This document shows, piece by piece, positions 6,726 through 12,088 of a DNA stretch of 12,088 nt. The stretch spans positions 1 to 12,088 of the forward strand of contig JAYPJE010000094.1 of assembly GCA_038128265.1 (NCBI GenBank), written 5' to 3'. This DNA is from Gemmatimonadota bacterium. GTDB lineage: Bacteria > Latescibacterota > UBA2968 > UBA8231. The stretch's first letter is position 1. Each line of letters begins with the position of its first letter. A model generated the notes under the pieces. That model saw only the letters and a program-made list of their open reading frames with translations. It did no database searches and was not told the DNA's origin. A program made the translations under genes and the position numbers.

Positions 6726-8955
6726 CGACGCGAAACGCGCTGCGCACCGCGCGCTCGTTACCCGCCATATCGCGCACACGCACCGTCCACTCGTGCGGCC
6801 CCGGCGCCAGATCCTGCGATGGCCGTGCGCGCACCGTCTTTGCCTCTGGATCGTATTCGGCAATCAGCGCCTGCCCGTTTAACTCGATGGTGATGTCCTC
6901 TTCGCGACCGATGCCGCTGCCCGCATCGTCAATCCGCGCGCTCAGTCTGGGACGCCGATCTGCTATGCGAGTGTCCCGGCGCGGGCGCAGTCCGTCGACC
7001 TCAGGCGCGCGCGCGTCGCGCAGGAGCGCAAAGCGCCCCAGCCGACGCAGCGACGCGCCAACGGCATCCTCCTGGCGCTCGCTGCCGACCAACCCCCACT
7101 GCGCCTCGCCCACCGCTTGATAGAGACCGACCTGGGCGTCCTCGCAGACATTCGGCGCACAGCGCAGCCACACGCCCACGCGCGCATCAAACGGCACGTC
7201 TTCTGGGCCAAGCGCATAGCCCGAGCCGACGGCGACTAACCCGTCCGGCACCTGCGGCACAAAGCGCTCGGCCTGCGGAAAGACGATTTTGTAGGCCGAG
7301 CGCTTGGCAAAGTCCAACGCCACTTCCCGATTGGCCAATTCAACGCGCCGCGCCGCCCCCGGCCGCACGGCCACTTGGTCCAATTTGATGGAACGACGCC
7401 GGTCGCCCAGCGCAACTGTCACTTCGATGCGATCACCCGGCTCGTGTCCCAGCGGCACATATACCTCATAGGTGCGCTGGGCGACCTGGCGTGGCCACAG
7501 CACGCGCTCGCCCACCAGCACGCGCGGCTGCCGGCTGAGCACATCGCTTGAGAGCAAGCGCAACTGGACCGCATCGGCGCGCGCACGGCGCTCGATTTTC
7601 ATAGCGTCCAGCGCGGCTGCGTTCGTAGGCGGCACCGCGCAGACAAGCGAATCCACTCCGCCCTTTGCATCGCGCACCAGCAGCTTCCAACGCCCCCTTT
7701 GCGCACCGACATCCCAGCGCTGCAGGCCAGCCGATGCGGCCACTTCGCGCGCGCTGTGCAGCTCCCATATACCCTTCTTGCTCTGGCGGTAAACCTCACT
7801 GCGCAGCAGGGCGTCATCGTCGTCAGCTATACTTCCTTCTATAGCCCAACCATCCTGGCGCTCTACTACGGCAACGGCGCGCAGGCTCGGCACATCGTTG
7901 ACGGCAATATGCAGACGCGCACGGGCGCGGTTGTCATTGGCGTCAACAGCAAAAACCTCGATCTCATGTATCCCCTCCGAGAGAAAGCCCGGACCGGTGC
8001 CCGCAGCGCTGCGCAGCAACCCGTCGCCGGGGCTCTGGTAAAATTCCAGACGGCTGCCGGGCGGACGAAAGAGGGCGTGGAATCGCCCGGTGCCACCGGG
8101 GTAATCGATGGAGAGGCGATCCAACTGCACCTGATGTCTATCGGAATAGGAGACGCGATCGTAGGACACGAGAAACGCGTCCTGACCATCGACGCGCAGT
8201 CCCAATTGGTGCGGTGCCAGCTTGTTGTTTGCCGCTTCGGCGCGATCCCACACCATGGCCGCTACGCCCACTCGACCGCGCACCTGCAGCGTATCGGACG
8301 CGCGATAGAAACCACTGGATGCGTCCCAGCGCAGCGGGACGCTGACCGGCTCAGCCCTCCCCTCGACCCGGCTACCTCGCCCCAGTGGAACCAATGCCAG
8401 GCGCTTTAGCACCGGCGGCGTCGAATCGTCTATCGAATAAGCACCCAGCAGCGGGTTGATCGGGATATTGTTGCTGTCGCGCAATTCTAGGTGGAGGTGC
8501 GGTGGGCCGGCGCCGCTCTCGCCGCTGCGGGCTATGACCTCACCGCGCCGCACCGGGATCTCGCCTTCCTCAAACCATAGGTTAACGCTGTAACGACCCG
8601 ATTCTTGCTGCGCTGCCCTGACGCGCTGCAGCGCTGGGCCGACAAAGGCCTCCAAATGGGCATAGACGGCAATCCGTCCATCGGACAGTCGCTGATACAC
8701 CGCGCGCCCGTAGCCCCACGGCGAGGTCCGCACGCGCTCAATATAGCCATCGGCGATCGCCTGCACTTCGTAGCCGGTGCGACCCCACGTTTTGATATCG
8801 ATGCCGGCGTGAAAGGCCGTCGTGCGCGACTCGCCAAACGAAGACGAAAGCGCCGGCGCTATGGGCATAGGCCACGGCAGCTCGTTGGCCAGCGCGGCAG
8901 CCGTCGACCAGCCCATTAGCAGCCATGCGGTCAGCGCGCACAACCCCTTAGGCAT
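6718..8955 (-). CDS. Secreted M23 family metallopeptidase with long C-terminal beta-rich/Ig-like region (745 aa)
   Basis: Start ATG 8955 overlaps the upstream stop (ATGCCTAA) and gives the signal peptide MPKGLCALTAWLLMGWSTAAALA. M23 zinc motifs HAGID (HxxxD), YAHL and SGAGPPHLHLE (HxH). The C-terminal DARAPEV...DAGSGI...LAPGPHEWTVRVRDMAGN looks Ig-like. Confidence 0.9.
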   Translation of the reverse strand: MPKGLCALTAWLLMGWSTAAALANELPWPMPIAPALSSSFGESRTTAFHAGIDIKTWGRTGYEVQAIADGYIERVRTSPWGYGRAVYQRLSDGRIAVYAHLEAFVGPALQRVRAAQQESGRYSVNLWFEEGEIPVRRGEVIARSGESGAGPPHLHLELRDSNNIPINPLLGAYSIDDSTPPVLKRLALVPLGRGSRVEGRAEPVSVPLRWDASSGFYRASDTLQVRGRVGVAAMVWDRAEAANNKLAPHQLGLRVDGQDAFLVSYDRVSYSDRHQVQLDRLSIDYPGGTGRFHALFRPPGSRLEFYQSPGDGLLRSAAGTGPGFLSEGIHEIEVFAVDANDNRARARLHIAVNDVPSLRAVAVVERQDGWAIEGSIADDDDALLRSEVYRQSKKGIWELHSAREVAASAGLQRWDVGAQRGRWKLLVRDAKGGVDSLVCAVPPTNAAALDAMKIERRARADAVQLRLLSSDVLSRQPRVLVGERVLWPRQVAQRTYEVYVPLGHEPGDRIEVTVALGDRRRSIKLDQVAVRPGAARRVELANREVALDFAKRSAYKIVFPQAERFVPQVPDGLVAVGSGYALGPEDVPFDARVGVWLRCAPNVCEDAQVGLYQAVGEAQWGLVGSERQEDAVGASLRRLGRFALLRDARAPEVDGLRPRRDTRIADRRPRLSARIDDAGSGIGREEDITIELNGQALIAEYDPEAKTVRARPSQDLAPGPHEWTVRVRDMAGNERAVRSAFRVVK

Positions 8956-9628
8956 CGTCCGATTTGCCTTCGTAGACACAGAGCTCCATATGCTCGCCCT
9001 CGACGCGCACATAGTGCAGCGGCTGCTCGGTCCAGGCACCCGTATTGAGGTAGCGATGTCCATCGCGCTCAATATCCATGGCCGCGTGCGTGTGGCCGCA
9101 GGTAATGGCGGTAAAGCCCTGTTCGGCGGCCGCACGCAGCGCATTCCGCGCTACGCGCTCGTTGAGCACGCGGTATAGCAACCCCCATTTCTTGGCGTAT
9201 TCGGCCACGTGCATATCGCGCCAGCCCAGCGCCACAAAGAGATGGTGCACGCGGCGAAACACCCATTTAAACACGCCGTGGCGCGGCATGACGTCGTCGA
9301 GGTCGTTGCCGTGCACGACGAGCAGCTGCCGCTCGATTGACCACTCGTCGACAAATTCGATCGCACCGGCATCGTCAATATGAAAATCGGCATCGTGGTT
9401 TCCGTAAACCCAGACCACCCGGCGCCGGTGCGACTCGGCGATCAGCTCCTGCAACACGCCGTCGTGCGCTACCGACAGCGCACGGCGGGGGTCGTCAATG
9501 ACATCGCCGTTGAGAATCAGCGTCGCCCCCTCGGGTAGTTCCCCAAGCCAAGCGCAGAACGCACGCTGATGAAAATAGCCATTACCCAGGTGTAAATCGC
9601 TAACTATATAGTAGAGCTCGTCCGCCAT
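8948..9628 (-). CDS. Calcineurin-like metallophosphoesterase, UDP-2,3-diacylglucosamine hydrolase (LpxH/YbbF)-like (226 aa)
   Basis: All five motifs are present: SDLHLG, NGDVID, GNHD, VHG and CGHTH, plus YLNTGAW. AAGGA lies just upstream of the ATG. Confidence 0.88.
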   Translation of the reverse strand: MADELYYIVSDLHLGNGYFHQRAFCAWLGELPEGATLILNGDVIDDPRRALSVAHDGVLQELIAESHRRRVVWVYGNHDADFHIDDAGAIEFVDEWSIERQLLVVHGNDLDDVMPRHGVFKWVFRRVHHLFVALGWRDMHVAEYAKKWGLLYRVLNERVARNALRAAAEQGFTAITCGHTHAAMDIERDGHRYLNTGAWTEQPLHYVRVEGEHMELCVYEGKSDDA

Positions 9629-9670
9629 TTCCTTGCCATAATACGCATACCTACTGAGTTTCTATTCTCT

Positions 9671-11146
9671 ATGAATAACGGCACTGCCCTACTAGGGCGC
9701 AAAGACGGCGAACCCGATCGCCTGCAGCCTCTCTTGGACCACTTGGGCCTGCTGCTACCCGACGAGAAGGAACGCCGCGCCTTTGCCGACTGCTCGCGCA
9801 CCCCGCTGCCGCCGTCGCTGCGCATCAATCCGCTGATCGCCCAGGCCGAGCAGCTTCACCCGACGCTGGCAGAGCGAGGCCATCCCGTTCCCTGGTGTTC
9901 AAACGGCTATGCGTTTCCCGCAGCTGAGACGCGCCTGAGCCACACCGTCGAACACGCAGCCGGCGCCTATTATCTGCAGGCCACGGCGCCGATGCTCGCC
10001 GTCGAAACCCTCGCCCCCCGGCCCGGCGAACGCGTCCTCGACCTGTGCGCGGCCCCCGGCGGCAAAACAACCCAACTGGCCGCGCATATGCGCAACAGCG
10101 GCCTGCTCATAGCCAACGAAATGAGCAAGAAGCGCATCCCCGCGCTGGTCGGCAATTTGGAGCGCTGCGGCGTCGGCAACGCCGTTATTACGCAGGCGCA
10201 GGGCACGATGCTTGCGCGCCACTTTCACAACTTCTTTGACCGCATCCTCGTCGACGCGCCCTGCAGCGGCGACGGCATCGTGCGCAAGGACCTGAGCATG
10301 CTGCGCTACTGGTCCCCGGACGACGCCCAGCGCCAGGCACAGACGCAAACCGGCCTGCTGCGCGCCGCCTTTCACATGCTGCGTCCGGGCGGCACGCTGG
10401 TCTACTCGACCTGCTCGCTGTCCGTAGAGGAAAATGAACACGTGCTGCTCGCCCTCCTCCAGCGCTACGGCGATGCGGTGGAGATACTCCCCGTTGCCGA
10501 CGTGGCCGCTCCGCCGCTGGCCAGAGCCATCGCCGCCGACCTGCCGCCGGCGCTGGGACATGCCGCGCGCGTGTGGCCGCACTGGCACGACAGCGAAGGC
10601 GCCTTTGTCGCCCACCTGCAAAAACGCGCGCCCACCGAGTGGCCCCAGGTCGCATCCGATGCGCACGCATGGCTGCGCGAAGCGGCCGACGATAGACAAA
10701 CGCTGGACGCCTGCCGCACGCTCGAACACCTGTGGCACTTCGCCATACCGCGCACGGCCGACCAGGTCGTCGCCAGCCGCGGACGCCACCTCGTCATGCA
10801 GCCAGCCGCCAGCGACAGCATCGAAGAGCACCTACCCTTTTTCGTGCGTGGGGGCATGCGCTTTGGTCGACGCCACCGCACGCACTTCTACCTGACGCAG
10901 CAGGCCGTAGCGCTGTGGGGCCATCTGGCCACCGCGCGCTGCGTCGACCTGGAATGGCCACAGGTATGCGCCCTCTTTGTCGGCGAGCCCATAGCACTGG
11001 ACAGAGCGATCGACCAGCGCGGTGAGATTATCTGCCGCTATGGTCCCTGGCCGCTGTGCCGCGCCATGGTCGAGGAGGAAGGCACGCGCCTCAACGGCAT
11101 GCTTCCACGACCCTTTTACCGCAGCGAACTGCGTCAACTCGTCTAA
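9671..11146 (+). CDS. RsmB/NOP2/NSUN family RNA m5C methyltransferase, RsmF/YebU-like (491 aa)
   Basis: GAYYLQ, VLDLCAAPGGKT, FDRILVDAPCSG and LVYSTCS...ENE, so both catalytic cysteines are present. No N-terminal NusB domain and a C-terminal extension, as in RsmF. Confidence 0.92.
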   Translation: MNNGTALLGRKDGEPDRLQPLLDHLGLLLPDEKERRAFADCSRTPLPPSLRINPLIAQAEQLHPTLAERGHPVPWCSNGYAFPAAETRLSHTVEHAAGAYYLQATAPMLAVETLAPRPGERVLDLCAAPGGKTTQLAAHMRNSGLLIANEMSKKRIPALVGNLERCGVGNAVITQAQGTMLARHFHNFFDRILVDAPCSGDGIVRKDLSMLRYWSPDDAQRQAQTQTGLLRAAFHMLRPGGTLVYSTCSLSVEENEHVLLALLQRYGDAVEILPVADVAAPPLARAIAADLPPALGHAARVWPHWHDSEGAFVAHLQKRAPTEWPQVASDAHAWLREAADDRQTLDACRTLEHLWHFAIPRTADQVVASRGRHLVMQPAASDSIEEHLPFFVRGGMRFGRRHRTHFYLTQQAVALWGHLATARCVDLEWPQVCALFVGEPIALDRAIDQRGEIICRYGPWPLCRAMVEEEGTRLNGMLPRPFYRSELRQLV

Positions 11147-11423
11147 GCAGGAAAATACTTCCCTAGACGCAGTCCCTTTCTCGTCCGAATGCATTCGCCA
11201 TCTGCCGCATTCCCCCTTTAAAACCGCACCACACGCATACAAGGGAAGCTTTTTCTCCCTACCCGCACATTTTTTCCCTCCCATGCCGTTGATCCCATCG
11301 ACGCGCTTTCAACATCTTGTGTCCTATCCGTAATCTAGCCCAACATAAGGCGAATAATCCCATGAAAAATTACGTGGTATTACATAGTTTTTTCAAATTT
11401 ATTTTTCATCATAAATAAAATAA

Positions 11424-11436
11424 AATCAATATTTTA
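11424..11436 (+). promoter_or_regulatory. IHF binding site
   Basis: AATCAATATTTTA matches WATCAANNNNTTR exactly, is preceded by an A/T tract, and lies about 30 nt upstream of the sigma54 -24 element. Confidence 0.6.
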
Positions 11437-11465
11437 TGATATTTTTGGTATTTTCTCCAACACAG

Positions 11466-11482
11466 TGGGCACACCCCTTGCA
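11466..11482 (+). promoter_or_regulatory. Sigma54 (RpoN) -24/-12 promoter
   Basis: TGGGCACACCCCTTGCA has GG(11468-69)-N10-GC(11480-81) and is close to the consensus TGGCACGNNNNTTGCW. The predicted +1 (about 11493) coincides with the first base of a hairpin. Confidence 0.7.
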
Positions 11483-11492
11483 ATAGCACCGG

Positions 11493-11581
11493 CAGACAGA
11501 ATGGTCCTCTTGTCTGGGACCCGGAGGCGGTCCTCCCCTCCCCATCATCTGCCGCTCCTCGCGCAGATGGCCTCCGGGTCC
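11493..11581 (+). ncRNA. Structured 5' leader / candidate sRNA module with CU-rich motifs
   Basis: Hairpin CAGACA(11493-98)/TGTCTG(11511-16). A perfect 12-bp stem GGACCCGGAGGC(11517-28)/GCCTCCGGGTCC(11570-81) encloses unpaired GGTCCTCCCCTCCCCAT and the inner stem CATCTGC/GCAGATG with loop CGCTCCTCGC. Confidence 0.55.
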
Positions 11582-11607
11582 TGTTTATACATGGATTTGG
11601 TGAGAAT

Positions 11608-11778
11608 ATGAACCGCACATACACGACTTATGCGGATCGCATGCGCCTACTGCTGCTCTGCATCCTATTTACCAGTTTGAGCGCACTCTTGATCGAACTG
11701 GCGGTGCAAAATACGCCATTCGAACAGGCCCATACTTCGGCAGACATAGCCCACTTGGGTGGCGCTGCCGACCCATAG
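11608..11778 (+). CDS. Small hypothetical single-pass membrane protein (56 aa), absent from the supplied ORF track
   Basis: ATG 11608 to TAG 11778: MNRTYTTYADRMRLLLLCILFTSLSALLIELAVQNTPFEQAHTSADIAHLGGAADP. GGTGAG RBS upstream. Basic residues precede a ~20-aa hydrophobic stretch. It fits exactly between the leader and the 3' hairpins. Confidence 0.6.
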   Translation: MNRTYTTYADRMRLLLLCILFTSLSALLIELAVQNTPFEQAHTSADIAHLGGAADP

Positions 11779-11789
11779 GCAAAAAGAGA

Positions 11790-11911
11790 GGGCCGGCCTC
11801 CCGCTCCCCGGGTAGGTCGGCCCCTTTCTCCCCCGCATCGGCCTCCCCCTCCCCGGGCAGGTCGATGCACCAGCTAAGCGCCGGCCTCCCACTCCTCGGG
11901 TAGGTCGGCGC
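11790..11911 (+). repeat. Three tandem 34-nt hairpin repeats with CU-rich loops (candidate cuckoo-like sRNA)
   Basis: 11790-11823 GGGCCGGCCTCCCGCTCCCCGGGTAGGTCGGCCC; 11835-11868 GCATCGGCCTCCCCCTCCCCGGGCAGGTCGATGC; 11878-11911 GCGCCGGCCTCCCACTCCTCGGGTAGGTCGGCGC. Linkers are 11 and 9 nt, and the outer stem bases covary. Confidence 0.85.
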
Positions 11912-11921
11912 CTATTTTTTT
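11878..11921 (+). terminator. Intrinsic terminator formed by the third hairpin plus T7
   Basis: GC-rich hairpin 11878-11911 followed by CTATTTTTTT, abutting the convergent ubiX stop codon. Confidence 0.6.
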
Positions 11922-12088
11922 AGTCCTCTGCAGCGCCCTTCGAACCGGTCCAGCGCGGAAAGAGCGCGTGGTCAATATCCAACAAACTACAGATGCGCCC
12001 GGCAATAAAATCGCCCAGATCGTCAAAGGTCTGGGGGCGCTGATAGAAGGCGGGCATCGCCGGCAGCACGACAGCCCCCGCCTCTGTT
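11920..12088 (-). CDS. ubiX: UbiX flavin prenyltransferase, 3' end only; starts beyond the window
   Basis: Manual translation TEAGAVVLPAMPAFYQRPQTFDDLGDFIAGRICSLLDIDHALFPRWTGSKGAAED* matches the UbiX C-terminal pattern GAxxxPxxPxFYxxPxxxxD...RW. Confidence 0.9.
   Translation of the reverse strand, partial: TEAGAVVLPAMPAFYQRPQTFDDLGDFIAGRICSLLDIDHALFPRWTGSKGAAED

Noticed and set aside
11147..11360. Pyrimidine-rich stretch after the methyltransferase and ORF 11022..11333
   Set aside because: No convincing stem, repeat, tRNA fold or RBS-supported ORF found by eye, and the ORF overlaps the methyltransferase 3' end.
11361..11460. AT-rich tract as a replication origin or foreign DNA insertion
   Set aside because: No DnaA boxes, mobile element ends or integrase were seen. 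It is short and adequately explained as an IHF/enhancer region of the sigma54 promoter.
11409..11892. Minus-strand ORFs 11409..11624, 11628..11870 and 11665..11892
   Set aside because: No recognisable motifs, and their composition reflects the antisense of hairpins and the AT tract. The + strand promoter-leader-ORF-terminator model explains the region better.
11790..11911. Mini CRISPR array (three ~34-nt palindromic repeats downstream of an AT-rich tract)
   Set aside because: Linkers are only 9-11 nt, the repeats differ by compensatory changes rather than being identical, the AT tract is over 300 nt away, and there are no cas genes in the window.

Overview
High-GC bacterial chromosomal window of mostly housekeeping and envelope genes. 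The taxon cannot be assigned from sequence alone, but the gene content implies a diderm. In order: 5' part of a GmhA-like SIS protein (-), TolC-family outer membrane protein (+), TraR/DksA-family protein (-), UVR-motif protein (-), HEAT-repeat lipoprotein (-), an Mrp/ApbC - LOG - Gfo/Idh/MocA operon (+), a large M23 peptidase and LpxH-like metallophosphoesterase (-), an RsmF-like m5C methyltransferase (+), and the 3' end of ubiX (-). The most interesting part is the apparently empty interval 11360-11921, which looks like a complete unannotated transcription unit. It has an AT-rich tract with an exact IHF consensus, a sigma54 -24/-12 promoter, a structured leader with CU-rich anti-Shine-Dalgarno-like motifs, a 56-aa single-TM small ORF missing from the ORF track, and three tandem 34-nt covarying hairpins with CUCC loops ending in a T7 run. 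It resembles, but is not recognisably identical to, cuckoo/CcsR/NfeR1- and NrsZ-type small RNA loci. All structures were derived by eye; no searches were run.
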